From assembly GCA_001695645.1 (NCBI GenBank), contig LVZN01000067.1, forward strand, positions 71,105 through 103,104: a stretch of DNA of 32,000 nucleotides, in the 5' to 3' direction. Position numbers and translations under genes: made by a program. Shown one piece after another: positions 1-10,457 of the stretch. The DNA is from Erysipelotrichaceae bacterium MTC7 (GTDB lineage Bacteria > Bacillota_I > Bacilli_A > Erysipelotrichales > Erysipelotrichaceae). Each line of letters opens with the position of its first letter. Within the stretch, counting starts at the first letter, position 1. Below the pieces are notes generated by a model that saw only the letters and a list, made by a program, of their open reading frames with translations, did not search any database and was not told where the DNA came from.

Positions 1-61
1 TTTGCTTGTGAAAAGAAGCACGAAGACAATACGTAAATTCACTTTATTATAGGTCTAATTA

Positions 62-70
62 TGATATAAT
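62..70 (+). promoter_or_regulatory. candidate extended -10 promoter element (TGaTATAAT) for the lipoprotein/flippase pair
   Basis: TG at 62-63 lies one nt upstream of TATAAT at 65-70. An AGAGG Shine-Dalgarno (76-80) and ATG 86 follow. No convincing -35 seen. Confidence 0.35.
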
Positions 71-85
71 CATCTAGAGGTAATT

Positions 86-616
86 ATGCGAAAAAAATCA
101 CTCTTATGCTTGCTTGCGATGTTGCTTTTGGTTAGCTGCAAGGTTCACAATGAAGTAAGTTCACAAGCAATGGAACTATATAATGCATATAAAGAACGAA
201 TCATAGCCAATGCGCAAAATGGTTCTGATAGTTATGATATCCCATTTGCTTTTGCTTTTGAGATTACACCGTTAGAAGATCATGCTGTATCGTACTCGGT
301 GATTATTGATGAGCCAAAAGTATTAATGAATCAAGTGCAAATGATGGCACTTGATCCAGCAAGTGTTGCACCAGATAAAATGGAACCATCCATTGGTATC
401 TTTGAAGAGGAAAGCTATGGCTTAATTCCAAATCAAGTAGATGCCAGTCGTGGATATCCCAAAGGTCTAGCGATTAATGGTGAAAGTAGTACAAACACTT
501 TTGATTTATACGTCATGGTGACATACATCGATGAAAATCAAAGCAATGTACGTGTCTTTTTCTCAACAGCCATTATCAACGGAAAAGTATTTTATCAAGA
601 GGTAGAACATGAATAA
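86..616 (+). CDS. putative lipoprotein of unknown function (176 aa)
   Basis: N-terminus MRKKSLLCLLAMLLLVSC has a basic start, a hydrophobic core and an L-V-S-C lipobox. SD AGAGG lies 5 nt upstream. The stop overlaps the next gene's start (ATGAATAA). I recognise no family. Confidence 0.6.
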   Translation: MRKKSLLCLLAMLLLVSCKVHNEVSSQAMELYNAYKERIIANAQNGSDSYDIPFAFAFEITPLEDHAVSYSVIIDEPKVLMNQVQMMALDPASVAPDKMEPSIGIFEEESYGLIPNQVDASRGYPKGLAINGESSTNTFDLYVMVTYIDENQSNVRVFFSTAIINGKVFYQEVEHE

Positions 617-2255
617 TAATAAGAAGTCTTTGCTAGCAGGTGGTTTAGTATCGTCTGCTGGTTTGTTTATAGCGAAGTTTTTAAGTATTTTTTACACCAT
701 TCCATTCGATGCGATTTTGCAATCATCTGCATATAAAGGTGTGTATGGTGGTACCTATGGAATTTATTCCTATGTATTGACCATTGCGCAAGCAGGTCTA
801 CCATTTGCAATTGCGACGTTGGTATCGCGTTATATGGCACGTAACGATTACAAAACAACCTTACTTATCCGTAAGGTTTCCTTTTATACCATGACCGCCT
901 TTGGTTTTATTTGCATGTTGTTTTTGTTGATTGGTTCACAACCGATTGCTCAACAAATTGCTTCATCACCAGAGCTTGTCCCACTGTACCGAAACTCACT
1001 ATGTATTTTGGCACTTGCGGTCTTTATCATCCCAATACTAAGTAGTGTTCGTGGGTTCTATCAAGGTATTAAAGAAATGAATGTATATTCAATATCCCAA
1101 ATCGTTGAACAAATTGTCCGTATTGCTTTCTTATTGATTGTTAGTGTGATCGCAATTTACGCGCTTGGTTTTGGGCGACACTGGGGTGTGTATTTTGGGG
1201 TGATTGCAACTAGCGTTGCAGGTGTTGTTACCATCGGATACATAAAGAAAAACGATAGCAAGTCGGTAAAACCGATTCAAGAACATGCAAAATATCAAGA
1301 CAAACCTGCTGAAGATGCAAAGTTTATCTTTCAAGAGTTAATTAAATTATCCATTCCATTTTTAATTATTGCTGCTTTTGGATATTGTGATCAAATTGTC
1401 AACATTATGGATTTTACGCCAGGGCTTGAAGCCTATGGTGCCAAAGCAGGTATTGCTATGACACCAGCAATCATTGACCAATACCAAGATGCGGTTTTAT
1501 ATAAAGCGATGAAACTTATTGCGATACCGATGGTGCTTGCACCTGGTTTTAGTGCGGCAATTTACCCGTACATTACCGAAGCAAGAGAACGAAAAGAAAA
1601 ACACCTGGTAAAAAAATACGTATTGGATTGTGTAGAATCTGTCATTTACATTTGTTTGCCTTTATGTGTAGCATTAGCCGTTTTTGCTAGACCGATCTTG
1701 TACACATTATATGGCGTATCTGGGGAAGGTTCTGAACTGTTTGTGACAACCTTACAATGGTTTTGTATCGAAGGAGTAAGTGCAACAATATGTCCAATTT
1801 TCTCAAGCTTAGTTATGGCGTTAGGACAACGCAAGAAAATTGTTTTTACCACAATGATTTTTGGAATTGTAAAAGTGGCAACCAATCGTTTGTTTATTTC
1901 ATTCTTTGGCGTTCCAGGAATGGTTCTATCTAGCTTATTAGCATATGTCATATTTGCTGGTTTAAACATTTACATCATCCAAAAAGAATATGCGATTGAT
2001 TGGAAGTATACATTTAGAAAACTGATTTTCATTTTTACAGGATTGGCTGGAATGTTTTTAGTTTCTAAAGTATGTTACTGGTTTGGCTTACTTGATTACA
2101 GCGGGAATCGTGTTGTTGCCTTATTGTTGCTTGCCATTATGGGAATTGCAGCAGTTGGCGTGTATGCTGGAATCACGTTGTATTGCAACATTCCACAAAC
2201 CATTTTCCATTTTGATTTAGAAAGTATCAAAGCAAAAATAAAGCGAGGTAAATAA
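609..2255 (+). CDS. MOP-superfamily polysaccharide/lipid II flippase (MurJ / SpoVB / YtgP-like), 548 aa
   Basis: Long polytopic membrane protein. Size and hydrophobic periodicity are typical of Wzx/MurJ/SpoVB-type flippases. It is followed by an RsuA-family gene, the same pairing I recall for B. subtilis ytgP-ytzG. Confidence 0.6.
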   Translation: MNNNKKSLLAGGLVSSAGLFIAKFLSIFYTIPFDAILQSSAYKGVYGGTYGIYSYVLTIAQAGLPFAIATLVSRYMARNDYKTTLLIRKVSFYTMTAFGFICMLFLLIGSQPIAQQIASSPELVPLYRNSLCILALAVFIIPILSSVRGFYQGIKEMNVYSISQIVEQIVRIAFLLIVSVIAIYALGFGRHWGVYFGVIATSVAGVVTIGYIKKNDSKSVKPIQEHAKYQDKPAEDAKFIFQELIKLSIPFLIIAAFGYCDQIVNIMDFTPGLEAYGAKAGIAMTPAIIDQYQDAVLYKAMKLIAIPMVLAPGFSAAIYPYITEARERKEKHLVKKYVLDCVESVIYICLPLCVALAVFARPILYTLYGVSGEGSELFVTTLQWFCIEGVSATICPIFSSLVMALGQRKKIVFTTMIFGIVKVATNRLFISFFGVPGMVLSSLLAYVIFAGLNIYIIQKEYAIDWKYTFRKLIFIFTGLAGMFLVSKVCYWFGLLDYSGNRVVALLLLAIMGIAAVGVYAGITLYCNIPQTIFHFDLESIKAKIKRGK

Positions 2256-2951
2256 ATGATTCGACTCGATAAATATCTAGCGCACCTGAAGTATGGGACG
2301 CGAAAAGAAGTGAAAAAAATCATCCGTAGTGGTGCCGTTCGTGTTAACGGAGAAGTGATTCGCAACGATGATTATAAAATTGATGAAACAACAGATGAAG
2401 TCATCTATGATGGGTTTGTGCTTGATTATCAAGAGTATTACTACTTGATGATGAATAAACCAGATGGCTATGTTTCCAGTAATAAAGATGAACTAGATCC
2501 AAGTATATTGAATCTAGTTTTTGAACCTTATGCCTTTGATTTACAGTGTGTTGGTCGACTTGATGTTGATACCAAGGGGTTATTGATTTTAACTAACGAT
2601 GGTAAGTTTAATCATGCTGTTACAGCACCAAAACGTCACGTTGAAAAAGAGTATGTGATGGAATTAGAAAAACCATTAAGTGAAAATGATATTCAGCAAC
2701 TATATGCAGGCGTTAGTATCGACGATGATCTTAGCAAAGCATTATCGATCAAAGTGATTGATGAAGCCAGTTATGCGATGGTGATTGATGAAGGGAAGTA
2801 TCACCAAGTCAAACGCATGATGCATGCTGTAAATAATGAAGTGCTTGCACTGAAGCGAATTCGCATAGGTGCACTCTATTTAGATGAAAACCTTGAAGAA
2901 GGTGAATATCGTGCATTAACAAAAACGGAAGTAGAAGTATTAGGAGGGTAA
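2256..2951 (+). CDS. RsuA-family rRNA pseudouridine synthase with N-terminal S4 domain
   Basis: MIRLDKYLA...[20 protein letters not shown] is an S4-like RNA-binding domain. The catalytic motif is [17 protein letters not shown] and the C-terminal motif [13 protein letters not shown] directly follows the flippase stop. Confidence 0.85.
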   Translation: MIRLDKYLAHLKYGTRKEVKKIIRSGAVRVNGEVIRNDDYKIDETTDEVIYDGFVLDYQEYYYLMMNKPDGYVSSNKDELDPSILNLVFEPYAFDLQCVGRLDVDTKGLLILTNDGKFNHAVTAPKRHVEKEYVMELEKPLSENDIQQLYAGVSIDDDLSKALSIKVIDEASYAMVIDEGKYHQVKRMMHAVNNEVLALKRIRIGALYLDENLEEGEYRALTKTEVEVLGG

Positions 2952-2955
2952 AATA

Positions 2956-3843
2956 ATGCAACAATATTTAGACTTATGTAAATATATCTTGAGTAATGGT
3001 GAAGATCGAGCAGATCGCACAGGAACTGGAACTCGAAGTGTTTTTGGATACCAAACACGTTATGATTTACGCGATGGATTTCCTTTGTTGACAACAAAGA
3101 AAATGTTCTTGCGTCCAGTTGCTGAAGAATTACTTTGGTTTTTAAAAGGAGACACCAATATCAAATATTTGGTGGATCGTAACGTTCGTATTTGGAATGA
3201 ATGGCCATATGAAAACTTTAAGAAGAGTAAGGATTATAATGGTGAAAGCCTGGAAGAATTTGTAGAGAAAATCAAAACAAGTGATGCGGAAAGTGAATTT
3301 GTGAAAGTCTATGGAGATCTTGGACCTGTATATGGTTCACAATGGCGTGACTTTAATGGCGAAGGTGTTGATCAAATCAGTGAACTTGTGGAAGGATTAA
3401 AAAACAATCCATTCTCACGTCGTCATATCGTTTGTGCTTGGAATCCAGCGAAAATCGATAAAATGGCACTTCCACCATGTCACGCATTCTTACAATTTTA
3501 TGTAAGTGCGGATCAGAAATATTTATCATGTCAGTTGTACCAACGTAGCGCAGATGTATTCTTAGGGGTACCATTTAACATTGCTAGCTATGCACTTATG
3601 ACAGCAATGCTCGCGCAAGTTTGTGGTTATGAAGCTAAAGAGTTTGTACATACCATTGGGGATGCTCACATTTATAAAGACCACTTTGATGTTGTAAACG
3701 AACAACTTTCACGTGTACCTTTACCAAAATGTAAACTACGCTTAAACCCTGAAGTTACCAGCATTTTTGATTTCACAATTGATGATATTAAAATTGAAGA
3801 CTATGAAAGTCATGGAAAACTTGTAGGTAAGGTGAGTGTCTAA
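2956..3843 (+). CDS. thyA: thymidylate synthase (ThyA type, with Lactobacillus-type insertion)
   Basis: Motifs RTGTGT, LPPCH (catalytic Cys), [23 protein letters not shown]-like and GDAHIY. 295 aa. Confidence 0.95.
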   Translation: MQQYLDLCKYILSNGEDRADRTGTGTRSVFGYQTRYDLRDGFPLLTTKKMFLRPVAEELLWFLKGDTNIKYLVDRNVRIWNEWPYENFKKSKDYNGESLEEFVEKIKTSDAESEFVKVYGDLGPVYGSQWRDFNGEGVDQISELVEGLKNNPFSRRHIVCAWNPAKIDKMALPPCHAFLQFYVSADQKYLSCQLYQRSADVFLGVPFNIASYALMTAMLAQVCGYEAKEFVHTIGDAHIYKDHFDVVNEQLSRVPLPKCKLRLNPEVTSIFDFTIDDIKIEDYESHGKLVGKVSV

Positions 3844-4316
3844 TGGTTAGTTTAGTTGTAGCTATGGGCGATAATCGTGTCATAGGAAAAGATGGTTGGA
3901 TGCCTTGGAACTTACCTGAAGATTTAAAGGTGTTTCGCAAAATAACAATTGATCAAAACATTGTGATGGGACGTACAACTTTTGAAGGTATGAAAAAACC
4001 ATTACCAAGACGTCATACGTATGTTGTGACACGAAACGAAGATTATTCATACAATCATGACGATGTCACAATTGTCAATGATTTGGCAGGTTTACTGACA
4101 TCGTATAAAGATCGTAAGGATGTTTTATATGTTACTGGAGGGGCACAAATCTACACGGAAGCATTGCCTTATGTAGATGAAATGTGGATTTCACTAGTGG
4201 ATGAACATTACAATGGAGATACGTTTTTCCCAGAATTTAACCCGGATGATTTCATCGTAGTAACAAAAGAAAAAAAGGAAGGATTTACGCTAATACATTA
4301 TCGTAAAAAAAGGTAA
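3843..4316 (+). CDS. folA: dihydrofolate reductase
   Basis: SLVVAMGDNRVIGKDGWMPWNLPEDLKVFRKIT and VMGRTTFE are classic DHFR motifs. TAATG start/stop overlap with thyA. Confidence 0.9.
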   Translation: MVSLVVAMGDNRVIGKDGWMPWNLPEDLKVFRKITIDQNIVMGRTTFEGMKKPLPRRHTYVVTRNEDYSYNHDDVTIVNDLAGLLTSYKDRKDVLYVTGGAQIYTEALPYVDEMWISLVDEHYNGDTFFPEFNPDDFIVVTKEKKEGFTLIHYRKKR

Positions 4317-4320
4317 ATAC

Positions 4321-5619
4321 ATGAATATTGTAGAAATTATTGAAAAGAAACGTGACGGTTATGAATTAAGCACAGAAGAAATTGCATACTTTATAGACAG
4401 TTATGCAAAAGAAGAAATTGCTGAGTATCAAGCCAGTGCTTTATTAATGGCGATTTACTTACGAGGGATGAGTGATCGTGAATTATCAGACATGACCAAA
4501 GATATGATTCAAACAGGAAAAGTTTATGATTTTTCTGATTTAGAAGGGATTTTTGTTGATAAACACAGTACAGGTGGAGTCGGTGATAAAACAAGTTTAG
4601 TATTGGCACCAGTACTTGCTGTATGTGGTTTAAAAGTTGCAAAAATGAGTGGACGTGGTCTTTCATTTACCGGTGGAACACTTGATAAATTAGAATCCAT
4701 TCCAGGCTTTCAAGTTGCTATTTCTGAAGCTGACTTTAAAAAACAAGTAAGTGAAATTGGTTGTGCCATTATTGGTCAAAGCAACGATATGGTGTATGCT
4801 GACAAAAAACTTTACGCGTTGCGCGATGTGACGGGTACCGTTAGTAGCATTCCATTAATTGCTTCAAGTATTATGTCAAAGAAACTTGCTGCAGGTAGTG
4901 ATGTCATCTTACTTGATGTAAAATGTGGCGATGGTGCATTTATGAAGGATGTTGCTAGTGCAACAGAACTTGCAACACGCATGATTCAAATTGGTAAAGA
5001 TGCAGGAAAGGTTGTGAATGCAGAAATTACAAGTATGAATGACGTACTTGGAAACATGGTAGGTAACTCGCTAGAAGTACTAGAAGCAATTGAAACACTG
5101 CAAGGTAAAGTTCACAATGACTTCTATGAACTTTGCGTACATTCAGCTGTAACTTTGTTGCAATCATCAGGAATTTGCAAAGATGAAGAAAAAGCACATC
5201 AAATGGTTGTAGATTGCTTGCATGATGGAAGTGCACTTGCGAAGTTCAAAGAAATGGTTGCAGCACAACATGGAGATACAAGTGTTGTTGATGACCCTTC
5301 AAAATTAGCAATCAGCGACAAGACAATTGAAGTTTTTGCTGAAGAAGATGGATACATTGCAAAAATTCACGTTGAGGGAATTGGAATGCTTGGTTGTCGT
5401 TTAGGTGCAGGTAGAATGCGCATCGAAGATGATATTGACCACAGTGTTGGTATTGAAGTATACAAAAAACACGGAGATGCAATCGCAAAAGGTGAAGCGT
5501 TGTGTAAACTGTACTACAACGAAACCTACAATGAAGCATTTCTTGATGAAGCAAAAGCATGCTTTACAATTTCAAAAGAACCTGTGGAAACAGAACCATT
5601 AATTTACACAGTATTATAA
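4321..5619 (+). CDS. pdp: pyrimidine-nucleoside (thymidine) phosphorylase
   Basis: DKHSTGGVGDKTSLVLAP, KMSGRGLSFTGGTLDKLESIPGF and KKLYALRDVTGTV..IPLIASSIMSKK are near-collinear with my recollection of B. subtilis Pdp. 432 aa. Confidence 0.9.
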   Translation: MNIVEIIEKKRDGYELSTEEIAYFIDSYAKEEIAEYQASALLMAIYLRGMSDRELSDMTKDMIQTGKVYDFSDLEGIFVDKHSTGGVGDKTSLVLAPVLAVCGLKVAKMSGRGLSFTGGTLDKLESIPGFQVAISEADFKKQVSEIGCAIIGQSNDMVYADKKLYALRDVTGTVSSIPLIASSIMSKKLAAGSDVILLDVKCGDGAFMKDVASATELATRMIQIGKDAGKVVNAEITSMNDVLGNMVGNSLEVLEAIETLQGKVHNDFYELCVHSAVTLLQSSGICKDEEKAHQMVVDCLHDGSALAKFKEMVAAQHGDTSVVDDPSKLAISDKTIEVFAEEDGYIAKIHVEGIGMLGCRLGAGRMRIEDDIDHSVGIEVYKKHGDAIAKGEALCKLYYNETYNEAFLDEAKACFTISKEPVETEPLIYTVL

Positions 5620-5642
5620 GTTAAAGAAGGGAGTGGCAAAAG

Positions 5643-7508
5643 ATGAAAATCGCTTTAGCCCAAATGAATGTTGTTGCTGGAAAATGCGAACAAAACTTTC
5701 AAAAGATGGAAGAACTCATAGCCAAGGCAAAAACTGATGAAGTGGACATCATTGTCTTTCCAGAGATGTGTATTTCTGGATATTTATTACAAGACAAACT
5801 ATTAGATGAAGCATTTTGTGCGTATGTACATAGCTTTAATGAACGTGTTTTAGCCTTAAGTGAGGGAATTGGAATTGTGTATGGAAACTTGTATCATGGT
5901 CCAATTGAAACAATTGAAAAAGGTCGTGATGGACGAACGTTGCGTTGTAACTGTGCATTTTTTGCCCACAACCAAACCTGGGTGAAAAAGGAAAACAGCA
6001 TCATGGATGGTTTTCATATCAAACATTTAAATCCAGACTATCGCATTTTTGATGACTCAAGATTCTATTTAAGTGGAATTGAAGTGAGCAACTATTTATT
6101 TAAGGAAATGGATCGACTCATATCCCCATTCCTATTCGAATTGAATGGAAAAACATATCGCATTGGACTTGAAGTTTGTGAGGATATTTGGTCTTACGAT
6201 TACAGTGTTGATCCAACAAAGATTTTAGCAAAACAAAACGTTGATTTTATCATTAACGTTTCAAGTAGTCCGTATACAAAAAATAAAGAAATTTCACGCA
6301 ATAAACAATTGTTGAAACATGCACAAGAACTTGGTGAACACATGCCGATGGTCATTTATGTGAATGCTGTTGGCATGCAAAATAACGGTAAAAACGTCAT
6401 TTTGTTCGATGGTGACTCAACCGTGTTTGATACTCATGGAAAACCAATCTTTACTTGTAACGATGGGTTTAAAGAAGAGTATGCAGTTTATGATTTTCGG
6501 GCGATTCGTATTGATTCGTTTTGCGAGAATAAATTGCTTGAAGCATTGACGACTGCTCTTTATGAATTTGACCGTCAGATGTTTCCATTTCAACCAAAAT
6601 GGATCATTGGGTTAAGTGGAGGTATTGATAGTTGTATCAATGCTGGACTGTTGGTTCGTGCCCTTGGTCCAAAGCGTGTGGTTGGGTACAACCTTGCAAC
6701 GAAGTACAATAGTGATTTAACAAAAAATAATGCAAAACAGGTTGCGGATAGTTTAGGAATTGAATTACGCAATGGTTCGATTGAAGAAGTAGTTAAAGCT
6801 ACAGAACAAACGGCAAAAATGTACGGGTATGAAGAACCATATCCTTCACTTGTCGTTGAGAATATCCAAGCCAGAGTGCGTGGGCATATATTAAGTACAT
6901 TTGCAGCTCTAGAAGGTGGAGTTATCGTAAACAATGCCAATAAAGTAGAAATAGCGGTAGGTTATTGCACACTTTATGGTGATAGCATTGGTGCGATATC
7001 ACCAATTGGAGATTTAACAAAAGTCGAAGTGTTTGAACTTGCAAAACAACTGAATGCATATTTCGGTAAAGAAGTAATTTCGAAAACATTGATTCCCGAA
7101 ATTACGAATGGAACAATTGATTGGAAGATGCCACCAAGTGCAGAATTAAAGGATGCGCAAGTGGATCCGATGAAATGGTACTATCATGATGAACTCATTC
7201 GTCGATTCCTTGATTATCCAACCATGAATGTGGAAGCATACATGGAAAGCTATCTTGACGGTAGTATTTATGATGAAGAAATTGGCCAATGGATACGGTA
7301 TTATCATCTTGATGATGGCAATGCGTTTATCGAAGATTTGGAATGGTTATTGTCACAAATGGCTAAATCTGTGTTTAAACGCATTCAAATGCCACCAATT
7401 GTTAGTTTAAGTCGTGGTGCTTTTGGTAACGATTATCGCGAGGCTCAATTGGGTGTCATTCAAAGTAAACGGTACTTAGAATTAAAAGAAAAGATACTGT
7501 TACGTTGA
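5643..7508 (+). CDS. nadE: glutamine-dependent NAD+ synthetase (N-terminal CN-hydrolase domain plus C-terminal NAD synthetase domain)
   Basis: N-terminal nitrilase-like domain (IVFPEM.., LEVCEDIW catalytic Cys context). C-terminal PP-loop GLSGGIDS. 621 aa. Confidence 0.85.
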   Translation: MKIALAQMNVVAGKCEQNFQKMEELIAKAKTDEVDIIVFPEMCISGYLLQDKLLDEAFCAYVHSFNERVLALSEGIGIVYGNLYHGPIETIEKGRDGRTLRCNCAFFAHNQTWVKKENSIMDGFHIKHLNPDYRIFDDSRFYLSGIEVSNYLFKEMDRLISPFLFELNGKTYRIGLEVCEDIWSYDYSVDPTKILAKQNVDFIINVSSSPYTKNKEISRNKQLLKHAQELGEHMPMVIYVNAVGMQNNGKNVILFDGDSTVFDTHGKPIFTCNDGFKEEYAVYDFRAIRIDSFCENKLLEALTTALYEFDRQMFPFQPKWIIGLSGGIDSCINAGLLVRALGPKRVVGYNLATKYNSDLTKNNAKQVADSLGIELRNGSIEEVVKATEQTAKMYGYEEPYPSLVVENIQARVRGHILSTFAALEGGVIVNNANKVEIAVGYCTLYGDSIGAISPIGDLTKVEVFELAKQLNAYFGKEVISKTLIPEITNGTIDWKMPPSAELKDAQVDPMKWYYHDELIRRFLDYPTMNVEAYMESYLDGSIYDEEIGQWIRYYHLDDGNAFIEDLEWLLSQMAKSVFKRIQMPPIVSLSRGAFGNDYREAQLGVIQSKRYLELKEKILLR

Positions 7509-7515
7509 TTTTCTT

Positions 7516-7543
7516 TTGCATTTGCACGGTTTTATAATATAAT
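7516..7543 (+). promoter_or_regulatory. candidate sigma-A promoter TTGCAT-16 nt-TATAAT for the comN-like/secDF unit
   Basis: TTGCAT at 7516-7521 and TATAAT at 7538-7543, in the 54-nt gap after nadE. Confidence 0.45.
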
Positions 7544-7571
7544 AAAACATGGTATTTAAGGAGTGAGGGAA

Positions 7572-7868
7572 TTGAATCAGGAGAATATTGTCAATGACAA
7601 AGATGTTCGTCTGGCATTAACGCTTAAAACAAGTCAGTTGAAACGTGAGCAAATTAAAAATCTAACGTATCAGCAAGTTGTGAAAACAATGAAAGAATTT
7701 GTTTGGAAGCAAAAAACCGTCAGACATGTCCACGATGCAATTAATGACATTATGTCGTTACAAGCGGCAACCGTGGTTGCTTATTTGTCATATTGTGCAA
7801 TTGAAAAAGGATCAAGTATGGGACTTGATAAAATTGAAGGGGTTATGAGAGGAGATTTAGATGAATAA
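7572..7868 (+). CDS. small protein, ComN/YrzD-like post-transcriptional regulator (assignment mostly by position)
   Basis: The ORF lies immediately upstream of, and overlaps, secDF, as yrzD (comN) does in B. subtilis from my memory. AAGGAG at 7558-7563 favours TTG 7572 as the start over the tracked GTG 7563, which abuts the SD. Confidence 0.45.
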   Translation: MNQENIVNDKDVRLALTLKTSQLKREQIKNLTYQQVVKTMKEFVWKQKTVRHVHDAINDIMSLQAATVVAYLSYCAIEKGSSMGLDKIEGVMRGDLDE

Positions 7869-10152
7869 GAAAAGACTCGTTGTCTTTCTGGTTTCGGTGA
7901 TTGCCATTCTTGGCATTGTGGGCGTAAGTACGAAACCAGCAATCGACAACATGAACCTAGGATTGGATCTAAAAGGTGGTTTTGAAATACTATATGAAGT
8001 ATCACCATTAGAAGGTTCAGAAACAAAAGATGTCGATATGGCTGCAGTAGCAAGTTCTGTATCGAAACGTGTAAACGTGTTGGGTGTAAGTGAACCTGAT
8101 ATTACAGTGGAAGGAAACCGTATTCGTGTACAGTTAGCGGGTGTAAAAGATAACGAACAAGCGCGTGATGTGATTTCTAGTAGTGCCGTATTATCTTTTA
8201 GAGATACATCAGATAATTTACTGATGGATGCAACAGTCTTAAAAGATGGAGGAGCATCATTAGGATTTAATGAAGGTAAAGCAATTGTTAACTTAAAAAT
8301 CGCTGATACAGCAAAATTTTATGAAGTAACATCTGCTTTATCAAAAACAACAGATAAATTGATGGTAACTTGGTTGGATTACCAAGAAGGTCAACGTTAT
8401 GCTGAAGAAGCAAACAAAGCAGCTACTGAAGATGGTCCTGCATATATTTCTGCAGCGACGGTAAGTGAAGGACTAAACTCGGAAACAGTTATGATTTCTG
8501 GGAACTTCACAGAGGATGAAGCACAAGAACTTGTGGATTTACTAAACTCAGGATCTTTGAACTTCCAAATGAAAGAAATCTATTCAAATGTGGTAAGTCC
8601 AAACTTAGGAGTTGGTGCATTTGAATCAACAATGCTAGCTGGTGGAATTGGAATTCTAGCAATCGCAGTATTACTTATGGTGTTATACCGCTTGTGCGGA
8701 TTTATTTCTGCAATTTCAGTTGCTATTTATTTGGTGTCAACATTAGCACTATATACATTACTTGGTGGTGTCTTCACGCTTAGTGGGATTGCTGCACTTG
8801 TACTTGGTGTGGGTATGGCTGTTGATAGTAGTGTTATTACCTTTGAACGAATTAAAGACAGTCTTTATGCAGGACGTAGTGTTAAAAATGCATTCAAAGA
8901 AGGTAGTCACAATTCATTATCAACTATCTTAGATTCACAAATCACAACGATGATTGCAGCATTAATTCTTTACATCTTCGGAACAGGAAGTGTAAAAGGA
9001 TTTGCGACAATGTTGTTAATTTCAACAATTCTTGCTGTTGTATTCAATGTTACATTGGTACGTTTCCTACTTGGACAAGTGGTGAAAAGCGGATACCTTG
9101 ATAACAAAAAATCATGGTTTGGAATTAAAGAAAACTACATTCCAAATGTACAAAAAGGTGAAAAATACGAAGATCATTCACCATGGAAAAACTTTGACTT
9201 TGTTGGTAAAGCAAAATACTTCATCGCAATTTCGGTAACGATTATGATTATCGGTGTTGGTACGATGGGATTCAATGGAATTAAAGGTGATGGTATCTTT
9301 AACTTCGGTATTGATTTCTCTAGTGGTTCAAGAATCACGATGGAAAGCAAAACTACATTAAAAGCAGATACCTTACAAAAAGAATTTGAAAAACTTGGAG
9401 TAGAACCAAGCGATATTACCTTATCAGGTGAAAAAAATGAAGTTGCATCTGTAACAATTAAAAAAGCAATTACGGAAGAACAACGTGAAAAAATCACTGA
9501 CTACATGAATGAAACATACAAAGATGTAGAAGTTTCTGATTCAACTGTATCACCAGTTGTTGGTCGTGAGTTGGTTAAAAATGCCATTATTATGTCAATT
9601 CTATCGTGGGTTGCCATTCTGATTTATGTAAGTATCCGTTTCAAATGGGACTTCGCAGTTAGTGGTATTGCTGCATTAGTTCATGACGTGTTTGTCATTC
9701 TTGCTGTATTTGCATTCACACGTATGGAAATTACGACAGACATCATTGCGGTACTATTGACGATTATTGGATATAGTATCAATGACTCGATTGTTATCTT
9801 CGATAGAATGCGTGATAACTTGAAAGGTTACGGACGTAAACAACCTTCACAAGAACAATTACGTGACATTGTTAACGTATCTTTACGCGAAACGTTTGGG
9901 CGTTCAATCGTAACTGCTTCAACAACGATTTTACCAGTAATAGCATTGTTGTTATTTGGTAGTCGTAACATCTTCCAATTTAACATTGCATTGCTTGTTG
10001 GATTGATTGGTGGTTGTATTTCTTCATTATTCATTGCACCACAATTATGGTATGTATTACGTTTAAAATTTAAAGTAAAACATAAAGCAAAGAAAAAACC
10101 TAAAAAGTTAAAAGGACCACAAGAACATATCATTCCTGGGGTAAACGATTAA
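7861..10152 (+). CDS. secDF: fused protein-export membrane protein SecDF
   Basis: 763 aa. N-terminal TM segment, a large extracytoplasmic domain, then two 6-TM blocks with SecD/SecF motifs (LGLDLKGG, GVGMAVDSSVITFERIKD, GYSINDSIVIFDRMRDN). Confidence 0.95.
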   Translation: MNKKRLVVFLVSVIAILGIVGVSTKPAIDNMNLGLDLKGGFEILYEVSPLEGSETKDVDMAAVASSVSKRVNVLGVSEPDITVEGNRIRVQLAGVKDNEQARDVISSSAVLSFRDTSDNLLMDATVLKDGGASLGFNEGKAIVNLKIADTAKFYEVTSALSKTTDKLMVTWLDYQEGQRYAEEANKAATEDGPAYISAATVSEGLNSETVMISGNFTEDEAQELVDLLNSGSLNFQMKEIYSNVVSPNLGVGAFESTMLAGGIGILAIAVLLMVLYRLCGFISAISVAIYLVSTLALYTLLGGVFTLSGIAALVLGVGMAVDSSVITFERIKDSLYAGRSVKNAFKEGSHNSLSTILDSQITTMIAALILYIFGTGSVKGFATMLLISTILAVVFNVTLVRFLLGQVVKSGYLDNKKSWFGIKENYIPNVQKGEKYEDHSPWKNFDFVGKAKYFIAISVTIMIIGVGTMGFNGIKGDGIFNFGIDFSSGSRITMESKTTLKADTLQKEFEKLGVEPSDITLSGEKNEVASVTIKKAITEEQREKITDYMNETYKDVEVSDSTVSPVVGRELVKNAIIMSILSWVAILIYVSIRFKWDFAVSGIAALVHDVFVILAVFAFTRMEITTDIIAVLLTIIGYSINDSIVIFDRMRDNLKGYGRKQPSQEQLRDIVNVSLRETFGRSIVTASTTILPVIALLLFGSRNIFQFNIALLVGLIGGCISSLFIAPQLWYVLRLKFKVKHKAKKKPKKLKGPQEHIIPGVND

Positions 10153-10159
10153 TTAACAC

Positions 10160-10202
10160 AAGATTTCTCAATTGTTGAAAAACAAAATAGAAATCTTTTT
10201 TA
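10160..10202 (+). terminator. rho-independent terminator after secDF
   Basis: AAGATTTCT (10160-10168) pairs with AGAAATCTT (10189-10197). An inner TTGTT/AACAA pairing is possible and a T-run follows. Confidence 0.55.
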
Positions 10203-10227
10203 TTCATTTTTTAGACTGTTGCGTGAT

Positions 10228-10255
10228 TTGTACTTTTTTACAAGAGTGCTATAAT
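10228..10255 (+). promoter_or_regulatory. candidate promoter TTGTAC-16 nt-TGcTATAAT
   Basis: TTGTAC at 10228-10233, TG at 10247-10248 and TATAAT at 10250-10255, upstream of the 54-codon ORF. Confidence 0.5.
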
Positions 10256-10292
10256 AAGTTTATAAGCTGGAACAAAGAAATGAGGGATGCAT

Positions 10293-10457
10293 ATGGCATT
10301 ATCAGAAAAAGAAAAGAAGAAGGTAAAAGAATTCAAAAAAGATGCAGATAATTTTTATAATGAATTGTACAAAGATGCAAAGAGTTATGGACGATTTTTC
10401 CCATTGATTGCCATTATCATTCTTGCAGTGATCTTAGTGTATTTCGTTATGAACTAG
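10293..10457 (+). CDS. small tail-anchored membrane protein (54 aa), absent from the ORF track
   Basis: My translation is MALSEKEKKKVKEFKKDADNFYNELYKDAKSYGRFFPLIAIIILAVILVYFVMN. GAGGG SD at 10282-10286 sits 6 nt before the ATG. The ORF has its own promoter and terminator, and occupies the slot of the small yrvD gene between secDF and recJ in B. subtilis. Confidence 0.55.
   Translation: MALSEKEKKKVKEFKKDADNFYNELYKDAKSYGRFFPLIAIIILAVILVYFVMN

Noticed and set aside
10226-10244. ATTTGTAC-T5-TACAAG, which resembles AraR half-sites, upstream of the small ORF/recJ
   Set aside because: The spacing is wrong (6-nt gap rather than a contiguous 16-bp palindrome). The left half doubles as the -35 (TTGTAC) of a good promoter. 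An AraR link to recJ has no biological rationale.
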